Of a DNA stretch of 64,000 nt, positions 1 to 12,659 are shown in pieces. The DNA lies in the NCBI RefSeq assembly GCF_018350175.1, contig NC_058370.1:15128001-15192000 (forward strand). Direction: 5' to 3'. Below the pieces are notes generated by a model. It did no database searches and was not told the origin of the DNA. It was given only the letters and a program-made list of their open reading frames with translations. Within the stretch, counting starts at the first letter, position 1; every line of letters begins with the position of its first letter. This stretch comes from Felis catus (lineage: Eukaryota). Position numbers and translations under genes: made by a program.

Positions 1-32
1 GGGCTCAACTGTATCCCTTGTGCCCACTGCAG

Positions 33-3000
33 GGGACCCAAAGGTGCCGGTACTGTACCAGGTGGAGCGGACGCGAACAGGGACGAGCTTCTCTGTGCGC
101 TCCGTGAAGGCCGTGCAGCATGGCAAGCCCATCTTTATCTGCCAGGCCTCCTTCCAGCAGGCACAGCCCAGCCCCCTGCAGCACCAGTTCTCCATGCCCG
201 CTGTGCCCCCACCGGAAGAGCTGCTTGACCATGAGGCCCTCATTGACCAGTATTTAAGGTGAGAGACCTGGAGGCTCCGGGGCAACTGCTGCTGTCACCT
301 GTTAGTGGGTCGTAGAGTCCATTTTAAAACTCTAGGGGAAAAAAACCCATATATGTGTATGTATGTGTGTATACATATACATATATATATATATATGTAT
401 ATGTATACGTATATGTACGTGTGTATACATACATAGAGAGAGGGAGGGAGAGAGAAGGACCAGGAAAGAAGATATTGGAGCATATCGCATAGGGAGGGTA
501 AGAACCCTTTTGTGAAGCTTTAGTTTCAGTTGTGTGTGTTGTGGAGTGTGCGAGTAGGTGTGCACGGGCAAGTGTGTTGGGTCACGATGTAAACACAGAG
601 CTTAGTGATTCAGCCAGTTCAGGTACTGTTGCAGCTTTACTGATTGCGCAAATACTGAAATACTTCTGTAATTACTTGGTGCGTCCCTTCCCGGTCTCTG
701 AGTGATCCCTCTCCTCCTCTGGGGTCACTCGTGATCCAGCAGCCCGGGAGTTCATGCCGGGCAGGGGTGACGGTCCCTGCTGCCTTTGCCTTCGTGGGTG
801 CTAAATATTTTGAGTATCGCCTTGGTAAAATATATTTCTTACTTGGATCGTAGCTAATAAAGTTGGAAAAGTGCTGGGGCAGGGGAGAGAGCTCTGGGTC
901 CCGACACAGGACAGACACAACGGATTCTGGCCGGGTCTGTGCCTTTGATAGCGCTCGCCTGCTGTGCAACTTTGCCTGACTCCCCAGCCTCTCAGAGCCC
1001 TGCTTCTTCATGTGGAAAATGGGAATGGTCATGTTTGTCCTGCCTACTTCACAGCTGTCTCATAAGGAGAGCTCCCGTGTCTTGTGCTGCACGCTGGGGA
1101 CATAGCACGGTATTGATGGGATGAATGTGGGTTTTATCTTTCGGTAAAGGCCTGGGTTCAAATTTAGACTCTTTCTGCTAGCTCTGTGAGTTTGCGCAAG
1201 TTGCTTTCCCACGCTGAGCCGGTGCCCACAGTTAGGAAATGTGCTAATCATAATTCCTCCCTCATAAAGCTGCTGTGAGGATTAAGTGAGGTAAGAGACA
1301 ATAAGGTACTCAGTGAATGCTCCATAAATTGTAGTCACACCACTACCGACAGAGAGGAATAAGCAGAGAGCCTGGTCTGCCGTCAGAGCTCAAAAACGTT
1401 TGCTGAAATAAAAGGAGGACGTTGTTCTTAAGGGTCCGTAAGTCTAGAGCTGTGCAGTCCAACAAGGAAGCCACTAGCCACATGTGGCTGGCGGCTTCTG
1501 TGGTGGAGAGTGCAGGTACAGAACATGCCATCGTCACAGGAGATCTGTGGGAGGGTGCCCTCGAGGGTGGGGTGAAAGTGGAAATACTGGTGAAGAGCAC
1601 CAGGGCTGGTTGTTACTGTCACTAGAAATGGGCTCCTCCCCTGTGGGGACACAGTGTTCCCACTTGCTTAGGGTAACTCAGTCCAAGTTGTACAGCCTGT
1701 TTTCTGAAAGTTGAGAATAGTGAAGTAGTTAAGAGCATGCGCCACACTGCCTGGGTCCGGACCCTGCCTCCTCCACTTGCTGAGCAAGCTACTTGGACTG
1801 TCGGGGGCTTAATGCATTTATCGGATCGGGGTGATAATAGCATTGTCTCACGGGGTCGTTGTGAAAAGTGGGCGTACGCAAAATGCTTACAACAGTGCCT
1901 GTTATGGGGTACACCTTGGTACTCCGGTAGCTACTGTCATTATCTACATTTTGCAGATGGGAAGATAGGCCCAGAGAGGTTACTAACTTGCCAAGGTCAC
2001 GTGGCTCATAAGTGGCAAAGAAAGGATTCACACACTCTCCTTTTCTGCCTGCCAGAGAGGAGGTGAGCTGTGGGGGGAAAGTCAGGAGTCCCTGTGGAGG
2101 ACCGAGGGGGGGTCACAGAGGCAGCTCAGAGAGGCTCTCCCCTCCCCCTTTACTTTCAGGGACCCCAACCTCCAAGAGAGGTACCGGGTGGGACTGAACC
2201 GAATTGCTGCCAAGGAGGTGCCCATTGAGATCAAGCTGGTAAACCCACCGATCCTGAGCCAGCTGCAGAGCAAGGAGCCCAAACAGATGTTCTGGGTGCG
2301 AGCCCGGGGCCATATTGGTAAGAGGACCCCAAGGACTGGAAGAAAACACTCTCCAGGGGTCTCGGCCTGTACCTCATATGCCCTGTGTGGTGCTGGGCAT
2401 GTTACTTCCCCTCTCTGGACCTGTTTCCTTGTCTGCATGGTGGGGAGTTGGCTTAGCTTCTCACCGGGACCCTCTCGGCCGCTTGTATGGGGAAAAGGGG
2501 GAGGGGACTATAATCATCCTGATGTCGGCCCTTTCTGGGGAAGGCAGGGTACCTTGCTGGTTCTTCTCCAGGACCTCTGCTAACCATACGGTGCCTCTGT
2601 GCAGGCTGGAAGAAGATACCCCTTAAAGGACCCAGTGAGGGAGACCTACGGAGTGAAGACTGGATTTCAGTCTTCACTCACCCCTGTCCTCTGCCCATCC
2701 CTGCTGCCTTTGTCACCTGCCACACACACACACACACACACACACCTCCTGTAGGCCAGGTGCCCTGATACAGTGAGTAGTCTACACATCTGTGTGTGGC
2801 AGCCCCCTCTCTGCCCCCTGCCTCCCTGCAGGTCCTGAGCTGTAAAGCCCAGGAGCCCAGGGCTGATGGGGCTGGAACGTGTTGCAGGGGAGGGCGACAT
2901 GAAGATGCATTGCTGTGTGGCTGCCTACATCTCGGACTATGCCTTCCTGGGCACAGCACTGCTGCCCCACCAGTGGCAGTGTAACGTGCACTTCATGGTC

Positions 3001-4639
3001 TCTTTGGACCACTCCATGTGGTTCCACAACCCCTTCCGAGCTGACCACTGGATGCTCTATGAATGCGAGAGCCCCTGGGCTGGTGAGTATGGGGCCACCA
3101 GGACAAGGGTGCTGACGTTGGGGGGCAGGAAGCCTGCTTTCTGGGGTGATGCTGCCCTCCGCCCCCAGCCTGTGGGGCACTGCACATGTCACTTCCTCTC
3201 CTGCCTCCTCTAGGCTCTGGCATTCTTCTCTTCAAAAGGACAGGGTGAGGCTTGAAACGGGACACCTGCTCAGCTTAATATCTGTAACAGGCAGAAGGTA
3301 CTAGAGACCCGGTTCCAGTCCAGAACCACTTCAGATTCTCTGTGTGATCCTGGGCAAGTCCCAGCGCCTCTATGAGCCTCAGTTTCCCCATCTGAACAAA
3401 TAGGGTCCCATGAGCAGTGGTATCTGAACCTGGTGGCCCATCAGACTGCCACTTGGGGGAGCTTTTTCAAAATAGGTTCTCAGATTTTACCCTCAAGATT
3501 CTGACTCAGCACATCTTGGATAAAATCCAGGAAACTATTTTTGAGAGGCTCCCTGAGCAATAGTGCTGATTAGCCAACCTGGTTGGGGTCAGGGCCTTCG
3601 GTCGTCTCTGAGGGCTCCACAACTTGGACACTGTTAGTGCGCAGAGAAGCCCAGAGTCGTTCGTCAGTGCCTGGTCTCAGAGCCCCGGGCTCCTTTCTAG
3701 GGAACTACTTTTCAAAGGAAGAAAAGCCTTGCTTTGTAAAACAGGGACAAAACTTAAGGGATTCTATATTCAGGGAAGGGGGTACTCTCCAGTACCAACA
3801 GTATCACAATACAGGATCAACAGCCTTGCAGTTAGGACGCTTGGGTTCAGGTTTGGCCGGCTCCTTATGGCTGAGTTCCTGAGCCTCCTGGGACTTTGCT
3901 GTCTTCATCTGGAAAATGGGTGAGGCCTGTTTCACTTGGCTACTATGAGAACTAAGTGAGCTCTACTCTGTGTAGGGGAGACCAGCAGCTCCCTTCAGAA
4001 CCTTCCAACTCAGGCCCAGGGTTAGCAGGGGAATCTCTAAGCAGGGAAGGAGGGCTGGCCAGCCCTGATGGCCCCAGGCCCTCCCAACACCCCCTTCTTC
4101 CTGCTAGTGGGGTGGGGGCAGTGTGGGAGTCTTTTTCATGAACCACCCTGGAGGACCGGTTTCATTTATTACAAAGGGAAGTGACAGGTTTGCTACCACA
4201 AGTGGCCAGGGTGGGTGGCTCGACCCGGCCAAGCTACTGACCAAGACTGTCCTCAGAACTCCTCCCCTGTGATCTTTTTGAGGAAGCCAGTGAATATGTG
4301 AAAGTGCTTTCAAACTGTCAAGTGGGGTTCCCACAGGAGTTACCCCCAGGGACCATCCATAATAGGCTCATAAAGGGGCACCTAGAGATTGGAAGAGGCC
4401 ACAACACTCAGTGTGCCCTTGTATGGGGCTGTCAGACCAGTCGCACCCTTTTCAAGCAGCACATTATGCTGGGCTGTGAAGGAGCGAGAAGGTCATTCTC
4501 ACCCTTCTCCTCACCCGCAGGTGGCTCCCGGGGGCTGGTCCAAGGGCGGCTGTGGCGTCGGGACGGCATCCTGGCTGTGTCCTGTGCTCAAGAGGGCGTG
4601 ATCCGAGTGCAGTCCCGGGTCTCAGAGAGCAAGCTGTAG
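33..4639 (+). CDS. ACOT8: Acyl-CoA thioesterase 8 (peroxisomal), last four coding exons; 5' exons lie upstream of the window
   Basis: Exons 33-258, 2160-2317, 2888-3082 and 4521-4639, all AG/GT-bounded and phase-compatible. Peptides GDPKVPVLYQVERTRTG, HCCVAAYISDYAFLG, MVSLDHSMWFH and AQEGVIRV, with C-terminal PTS1 tripeptide SKL then TAG. Confidence 0.97.
349..455. repeat. Compound (TA)/(TATG)/(CATA) plus (GA) simple repeat in an ACOT8 intron
   Basis: Low-complexity tract read directly. Confidence 0.9.
2721..2745. repeat. (CA)n microsatellite
   Basis: Read directly. Confidence 0.9.
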
Positions 4640-4727
4640 CCAGAGGTACCAGCTTGGCCTGGGGCTTCTCCCCCAATTCCTGAGGCAGGAATTACAGTCA
4701 AGGTCTGGGCCTTCTGTCCCCAAACCC

Positions 4728-4733
4728 AATAAA
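4728..4733 (+). terminator. ACOT8 polyadenylation signal AATAAA
   Basis: AATAAA about 90 nt after the ACOT8 stop codon. Confidence 0.8.
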
Positions 4734-5130
4734 GAGACTAATACCACTGGAGCTGCTGGCCTTTAATTCCCCTGGGCCAGGCTGCAGCTCTGCTCCAGCC
4801 CTCAGCTCCAGGACTCCAGAGGCAGAGTCCCTGGCCCTCTGGCCAAGGAAGAGGTGACACTGACCTCCCCTGGGGCATCGTCCCCAGACATTCATGAGCT
4901 GGAGAGGCTGCATCCGGCTTCCTCCCTGCACCATCCCAGGGCAAGCCCAGCCGCAGCTTGTCCTGAGCCCAGCTCGACAGAAAGAACGTATTTCCTTGGT
5001 TTGCTACAAATTCTTTGTAGGACTTACAGGGGTTCCCAGCACCCCCTACCACTTCCCAACTGCTGTGTCCTTACTGCCCATCCCCATCCCCCATCCTGGG
5101 GCAGTGCCTCTCCCCACAGCAGCAGTGAGT

Positions 5131-8100
5131 CTAGTCCAGTACCTCCTTGATGAGCAATTCTTTGAGACTGGGGGGTGGCGTGGGGGTCAGACCTGCTTCC
5201 TGCAGGGCCTGGAGGCGGGCCTCTGATTGGCGTTTGTCCAGGCCCAGGCGCCAGGAGAGCCGCACGTGGGCCTCCAGAAAGGGTGCCAGCAGAGGGTGGG
5301 GGTTCTTATCCCCCAGCAGTTGCAAGGCTCTCTCACAGCACGCCCGGGCCTCCCCAGGGTCCTCCAGCTCCTGGTGGCACACAGCCAGCCCAGCCAGGGT
5401 CAGCAGGGGGCGGTCCGGGCCCGAGGGGGTGCCCAGCTGGGTCTGCAGCTGCCAGGCATTGGCCCAGAGTGCCAGAGCCTCACGATAGAGGCCAGTGCAG
5501 GTGAGGCTCTGTGCCCGTCGCAGCTCAGGCAGCACGAAGAAGTCCTGCAGGTCCGGGGCATGGCGCAGCTCGGGCACTGCCTGCAGGTGGCTCAAAAACT
5601 GCTCGAAGGCCCGGCTGCGGCGGGCGATGGTCTCCGCGGTAAAATTCCGGCGCAGGCGCTTCCGGGGGAAGGAGATGGCGGCCATGGGGCCCCGGAACTG
5701 TCGCTGCAGGTTTCGGTGCAACCGCTCAAAGTCCGAGTAGCGGCGAGAGATCTGGGCTGGCTGGCGATCAGGTGGCCCTGGACCCATCACGGCGAGGGTG
5801 TAGAGCTGCGGGGAGGGTGGGGTCAGGGCAGGTGTGAATTGTCCATGTACCCCTCCCCTCCCCTCCCCACACCCGCACTTCAAGCTCTGTTCCCCCACCT
5901 CTCCCCTTAGTCCCTGAGACTGGGCCCAGGAGGGTGGGAGCTGCTGGGGCAGCAGCTAGGGAGCCCAGTCCCATCTTACCTGAGGCTCGTCTGAAATGAC
6001 CCAGGCCCAAGGCAGCACGGGGAGAGAAAGACAGAGATGAGCTTCAGTGCCTAGAGCTGCCACCCCTTTTGTCCCTTCCAGGGAGCACTCCCTTCCCATA
6101 GGGTAGTTAGCTCTTCTGATAGCCTCTCTGGAAAACCAGCGGTGAGCTGAAACCCAGGCGACTTTCTTGGGCCTCTGAACCAGCCTTCAGGACCAGCCTG
6201 GGGCTTTGCTCCACTCTGGACACAGAGCCCCCACCTCCTTAGCTAGGTTATTCCAAACTGGCGGAGAGGTCTTCAGACAGCCCTGGTACCGGTCATTGTG
6301 AAAAGGACATTGGGCACTGCACGAACTCCTGGGCAGCTACTCCCCTGGAGGTGTGTATCCTCAGGCAAGGCAGTGCTCCCCCTTGGGTCCGCCCTCCTCT
6401 CTAGTGGACGAAGCACTGGCCTAGGTCATGTCTACTCAAGTGGAATGTGTATAAATACATGTTGGTCCCGAGATTTTAGGTGCTATGTGCTGGAGTAAAT
6501 AACACTGAATCAGAGACAAGAGGTGACTCCCCCTAATTTGAATCCTGACTACAGATTAAGAGGCTCTCAGTCTGATTTTTAAAATGCACTTCTCCAACAC
6601 TTCTCATCTCCACCTTGAGAAAAGTGCTAGAAAGCAAATCTCCGGGCAGAGCCTTCGGGCAATAGCATTCACACAGGGTTTAATGACACGGTGTCATTTT
6701 TCACGGATTTTATTGTATTAATTTTTATGGTTCTCTTTATGGCAAACTAGGCTTTCCCCATACAGTAGAACTTTAAAATCTTTTGAACTTGTTTAAGACG
6801 AAAAAGGTTAAGCAAGGAGTAGTACAAGCAAGTAGCATTTAGCCAGGACAAGAACTGTGAAGGTGGTACTGGAAGGACCAGTGTCTGAGAAACACGGGGC
6901 AGGATGACCGTGAAGCTGAGAACCTGAACACGGATTAATCTGGCATAATGCTGAGCCACCAGACTTAAAAAGGGGGATTAGTGAGCATCAGGTGTTGAAG
7001 GCACACCAACACCAAACCCAGGCTTTTCTCGAATTTGCTCTGCGAAACTGCCAACATTACAGCCACCTCTGGTCAATTAGGCTTGCTTAGTCTATACTTC
7101 TCTGGAAGATTCAGTGTACGGTAATATTTTAAAGGATTAAGAAGTTTAACCTTGGGGTGCCTGGGTGGCTCAGTCCGTTGAGCATCTGACTTTGGCTCAG
7201 GTCATGATCTCACAGTTCGTGGGTTCGAGCCCCATGTCAGGCTCTGTGCTGGCAGCTCAGAGCCTGGAGCCTGCCTCAGATTCTGTGTCTCCTCTCTCTG
7301 TCTGCCCCCCAACCCCCGCCCCGCTTGTGCTCTGTCTCTCGCTCTAAAAAATAAATGAACATTACAAAATAAATAAAAAAAAAAAAGAAGTTTAACCTTA
7401 AAGAAATTTATTTTATTCTTCAATTCTGCTTTCCCAAAACATATCGACTGCAAATCTTTTTTTTTTTTTTAACTTCTTTTCTTTTTCAAAGGAACAATTG
7501 TTAACATTCCCGGAAAACAATTTCCTGCAGAATACACTTCAAGAAGCATTGGTCTAAAATGACCCCCTTATATTTATCTAGCTTTTACTTTTAGTTTTTT
7601 GGCAAAAAGAAAACATTTTAGATCCATTATCTCATCTGACTCATCAAACACGTCCCCCCAAGTCTCACAGCTGGTAAATGGCCCAGCTGGGATTGAAACC
7701 CAGGCCAACCTAATTCCACAGCCTGTGCTCTTAACCCCCAGAAGTTAAGTCAGGATGTAGGGTCCCCACTGGACAGAGAAGGGGATTTGTCTCCCCCAAA
7801 CACGGGTCAGGACCTATCTGGCCATCCTACTCTGTCTTATTCTCTTCCCAGAGTCCCACCCCCACCATGCTGCCCAGCTGCTCCTCGGGGTCCCTCTCCT
7901 GTGCATGACGCCTGGCTGGGACTTTTGCCACTTAAGACTAGATCATCAGAGGCATCCCTGCTCAAATTGGAGCAGGCACCCCATGGGCGTGGCCCCTGTT
8001 TACTAACAGCAGCAGAGAGGAATGGAGAGAGGCCCAGATGTGGGACAGCGCTACAGGCCCCTTTCCTGCTGAGTCAGAAATGGAGGAGGGTGGCGAAGAT

Positions 8101-9811
8101 GAGGGATGTCTGAGGCAGGGAGCTGCCACTGCCCAGACTGGCCAGGTCGGGCTGGGGCTCAGGACCTGGCGACCTCATTCTCCATGTCAGTTTCTCCTTT
8201 CCACAGCAAGGAAAACAGACTCCAAGGCCTTCCCCCACACTGCTTTTCATCCTAACCCCACCTACCCCCTAAATCCAGCCCTCAGAACAACATCATGGGG
8301 TACAGTGTGGGTACCTGGGAACTGGGTTGTAAGGATGCCACAACAGGCCCTACCTGGATGCCAGACATTTTCAAGCCAAGGTTAAGTCATAATAATAGAG
8401 GTGCCATTTTATCAAGCACTTCATAATGCCAGGCACAATGCTAAGGGCTTTCTTTCTGTGCACTGTCTCATTTAACTTCTGCAACTGCTCAGATGAGAAA
8501 ATAGCATTATCAAGGTTACACAACGCACCGAAGGTCAAACAGCTGGTAATAAGTGGGATCTGAATCAAGATCTGGATCCAAAAACCTTTTTTTTTTTTTT
8601 TTTTTTAACCACTAACCAATGCAACTTGGGTTTCAGGTCTGACCCAGATAATATTTTTTCCTATATATCTTGTATTTTGCTACAGTCTGCAAAACCTAGG
8701 GTTGGGGGGCACACACACCAGTTCTCTTTAGTCTCAAAACCAGGATGGGGGGCAGGTCCATAATCCCTCAGAGAAGCTAAATCATTTGCCTGAGGACTTG
8801 CTCAAGTTATATCTCCTTTCTGGCCTCAGTTTCCCCATCCCTAAAAAATGAAGTGATCCTTTAGAACTACACAGCCAGACTGCCCCCCTCAGGAAGTTGG
8901 AGTCTCCCCTACTTAGCCAGAGTTCTAAACCTACAGCCCAGGGGTTCCTGGACCCTCACTCACCACGTACTTGGAGGGCGGGTCCTTGACCACGTTGGCG
9001 CTGGTCACCTCGAAGAGCAAACGCTGGGGAACCAGGGTGTTCCGGGACTTCTTCCAGAAATCCTGCAACTGCCTTGTGAGGGGCTGACTGCCCCGCTGCC
9101 CATCAGGTGGGGGGCTTCGTTCTGCATGAGCACATGACCAGTTACATCAATGGGCCTGGGGCTAAGGTCGACATAAACCACATGCAGTGACCTCACTCAT
9201 CCTCCCAACAGGTGAGACAGGCTTTATCTCCATTTGACATAAATGTAAACCGAAAGCCAGGGAGAGGTCTGGGGCCAAACACCGCGCCTAGCAGAGCAGA
9301 CGGTCGACTCTAAATAAATATTTCCACCCCCCAAACATCGCGAGCACATTGTTCGGATTTGTACATCCCGGATCCTGTACATTTAATGCCCGCAGCAACC
9401 TCGAGATGGGAGTGATTTCCCCCATTTGACACGAGGGAAAACTTGGCTCAGAGAGGTGTTGTGATTCTCTCAAGGTCACACAGCCAAGAGGTGGCTGGGG
9501 TGGAGGCCTAATGGAGCCCCAGGTCCCGCCTCGGTCCTCGGGAACTCGCCTGCATCTTCCCCCGACGCCCCGTCCCCGGCGGGCAGCGGGTCGGGGCCAA
9601 TCTCTCCGTCGTCCTCGTCGTCCTCCTCCTCTTCGTCCTCGGCGCTGGTGAAGCTGAGGGTGCCGCTGAGGCGGGAGGACAGGCCCTCGGCGTCGTCGTC
9701 CTCTAGCTCCGAGCTCTCCGGGAACTGCTCGGCCTCCGGGCCGGCCGCCGCCTCCCCCGGGCTGTCGCCGGCCAGGGCGTGCCGCAGCCGGTGCAGGAGC
9801 CGTGAGGCCAT
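5131..9811 (-). CDS. SNX21: Sorting nexin 21 (acidic N-terminus, PX domain, PXB domain)
   Basis: Coding exons 9811-9550 (ATG at 9811, exon acceptor at 9817), 9121-8964 and 5805-5131. Peptides MASRLLHRLRHALAG, QLQDFWKKSRN, ISRRYSDFERLH, FPRKRLRRNF and LLIKEVLD*. The intron after 9550 has a GC donor. Confidence 0.96.
7154..7386 (+). mobile_element. CAN-SINE (felid SINEC)
   Basis: GGGGTGCCTGGGTGGCTCAG head, CT-rich linker, A-tail, TSD AAGAAGTTTAACCTT. Confidence 0.92.
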
Positions 9812-10330
9812 GGCACCCTGGGGGGAGCGCGCGACGCTGGGGCTGGGGCCGGGGAGGGAGGGAGACCGCCCCCCCGCAACCGCGCGAGAAGGGGCGGGCC
9901 CAGTCAGGGGAGGGAGGGAGGGGCGCCGCGGAGGCCCCGCCCCTGCCCGTTGGGGGTCCTGCGAGCCCCGGGCGTCGCCTGGCGTCGTTTCCCTCCCACC
10001 CACGCAGCCTAGGGCCGAGCTCTGCCCGGGAGCGGCTGGGACCCTCCCCTTGTCTCTTTCGCCCCTTGGCGCGTCTCTCCCTCCGGCGCCCGCGGTGCAC
10101 TCAGCGGCGCGCGGTCCCCCGGGGTCCGAGGGCAGTCCCGGCAGCTTACCGAGGCCGGCCGGGCTTCCCCGGGCTCAGGCCGCTCCGAGCGCCGCTCCGG
10201 CCGCTTCCTGCCGCCGCCCCGCCCCCGGCCCCGCCCGCTCCCCGGAGCCTCCCGGGAATCCCGGGCCTTTCGCTCCGGGAGGGACTTGGGAATCCTGGGT
10301 AGGCCTGGGCGAACCCGAGCCTCCTGCGGG
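9500..10330 (-). promoter_or_regulatory. CpG island and promoter of SNX21, with probable non-coding exon 1 ending at 10150
   Basis: Very GC- and CpG-rich with several GGGGCGGG boxes. Minus-strand donor TCG|GTAAGC at 10150/10149. Confidence 0.75.
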
Positions 10331-11070
10331 ATCCTACCCAATCTAAGGGGGCTCACGCCCTCAGTGAAACCTCCCGCTCGTCCCGAAGATCCCGTCAGTC
10401 CCGGTTGGCCCCAATCTGTCCCACAATCTCCACCCAGCACTCTTAACTTTCCAAAGTCATTATGCCACCGTTGGAAGCCCATCTCTGGTGAAAAATTTGA
10501 GGGCAGGAGAAGACACGTGATCTGAGTTGGAATCTGGCCTCGATGAGCCTAGGTTTTCTCCTATGTAAAACAGGAATAATTAAAACTAGTACTAATTTTT
10601 CAGCCTTTGAAAGGGCACTGACTGGTTCAATGCCTGGCACAGAGCAGAGGCTGACAGATTGATCAGTTACATAGTGATTATTGTTTCCATAGTGTTCTCA
10701 GGTTCTTACAACTTCATAATTTCATTTAAGCCTCACACATAGGAAGTAGCAAACGGGGAAGTGAGATCCAGAAAGGCAGAGTTCCTTGCCCAGAGTCACA
10801 CAGCTTGCCAGAGGTCTCTGAGTGTGGAGCCTTGCAACCTAATTCTGGTTTTGTTTTGTTTTGTTTTTTCCCCCCACACACGGGAGGCGTGGTAATCTCA
10901 GCAGCTCTTCTAAAGGGCTGGCTGTGTTTCATCTTTTACCAGGAGGTCAGCAGGAGGAAGAATTTATTGTCACTTCTTGTCAAAAGCCCAAACTATCAGT
11001 CCCTAGCAGGGCAGATATTGTTGGTTATACAATTAAACAAATAAAATCTCTCTGACAATCGTTCCTACCC

Positions 11071-11310
11071 TTTTTGTTTTTTTTGTTTTGTTTTGTTTTT
11101 TTGTTTTTTAACGTTTATTCGTTTTTGAGACAGAGAGAGACAGAACATGAACGGGGGAGGGTCAGAGAGAGGGAGACACAGAATCTGAAACAGGCTCCAG
11201 GCTCTGAGCTGTCAGCACAGAGCCCGACGCGGGGCTCGAACTCACGGACCGCGAGATCATGACCTGAGCTGAAGTCGGACGTTTAACCAACCGAGCCACC
11301 CAGGCGCCCC
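11071..11310 (-). mobile_element. CAN-SINE (young felid type)
   Basis: Full consensus on the minus strand, TSD CGTTCCTACCC. Confidence 0.92.
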
Positions 11311-12324
11311 GTTCCTACCCCTTTTGAATGGCACAAGAGAGAGGTGGAGGGAAATCGCTTTGAATGGAAAACATACTCCCTTGCCCCCCTATGTACAGAA
11401 AAGGCAGGGCTTTCATTTGAGGCTCCACTGTGTCCTACATCCTGTTCTAGGCACTTTATATGGGGTAACATGTCACACTCAACCTCTTGGGGGAGGGGCT
11501 GTTATTGGACAATAATGGTCCATTTTCAGGATGAAGAGGCAAATTGACTCCCCCAAATCCAGAGCTAGGAAATAGGGGAGCTGGGATTTAGGGCCAAGTC
11601 TGTGTAATTTCAAGGCTCTAACTACTCTTCATTCAGCTTAGCAGTACGGTGTTGGGGCAAAAAAGGGCCCCTTCATTCATTGATTGATTCAACACTCACT
11701 TATTCACCAAACACCAAACAAGAATATTAAGTCGTATTTTGGCATGTTTCACAAGTCTGGGTACAAGGCAGGTGTTCAAAAAAACCATGGGTTGTCAGAA
11801 ATCTGGTTTGGCACTTCTGTTTTACAGATGGGAGGTCTGAAGGTCAGTGAGGGGAAGGGACCTACCTTGGGTCATACAAACAGGACCAGAACGAGATCTC
11901 CTGATGTCTTGTATCCTCCACTATCCTTGGATTCTGTGCAATATCTCCCTATAGCCTCCCTGAGAGATGGTCACTGAATTCCTGATTGCATACATTCAGT
12001 AACAGGAAGCTCATTATCTCCTGAGGCTTCCCGTTCCTGTTATTATTCAACCACGACAGTTAGGAAGTTCCTTCTCACAACCAGATGTCACCCAGTTCAG
12101 TTAGTCTTATAAAGAACAAGATATTTATTGAGCACTTGCTAAGTGCCACGTGCTGAGGTGCCGGGGAATGCAGTGATGAACAGGTAAGTGTCTCTGGTTC
12201 ACGGAACTCAGAACAGGTCATGTCACGTGGCATGCTCAGGGATATGATTGAAGAAACTACCAGGAAACCGCCCTGGACTGCTTTGGCCCGGGTAGAGGAG
12301 GAGGGATCCTGAAGGAAGTGATGT

Positions 12325-12659
12325 TATTTTTGATTTGTATTTTTTTTGCAACTAATCTCTACACCGAACATGGGGCTCGAACTCAAGATCCCAAGATCAA
12401 GAGTCCCATGCTCCACTGACTGAGCCAGCCAAACACCACAAGGAAATGATGTTAAAGCTGAGAAAGACGGGGATGTCTGGGTGGCTCAGTTGGTTAAGTG
12501 TCCGACTTCGGCTTAGGTCATGGTCTCATGGTTTGTGAGTTCGAGCCCCGCATCAGGTTCTCTGTCAGCACAGATCCTCTATCCGCCCCCCCCCCGCCCC
12601 TCCTCTGCTTGTTCTCTTTCTCTCTGTCTCTCAAAATAAATAAATAAACTTAAAAAAAT
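12325..12659. mobile_element. Two CAN-SINEs (short one on - at ~12325-12437; one on + at ~12469-12659)
   Basis: tRNA-derived heads and A-rich tails. Confidence 0.85.

Noticed and set aside
5227-5910. 227-aa plus-strand ORF
   Set aside because: Antisense shadow of the SNX21 last exon
7165-7347. Recurrent [16 protein letters not shown]-type ORFs and tRNA-like A/B boxes throughout the window
   Set aside because: These are translations and internal promoters of tRNA-derived CAN-SINEs, not genes or tRNAs
9288-10482. Several long Arg/Gly/Pro-rich ORFs
   Set aside because: Expected stop-codon scarcity in a CpG island; only the SNX21 frame is supported
10512-10521. CACGTG E-box upstream of SNX21 as a CLEAR element
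   Set aside because: Single imperfect motif, common by chance
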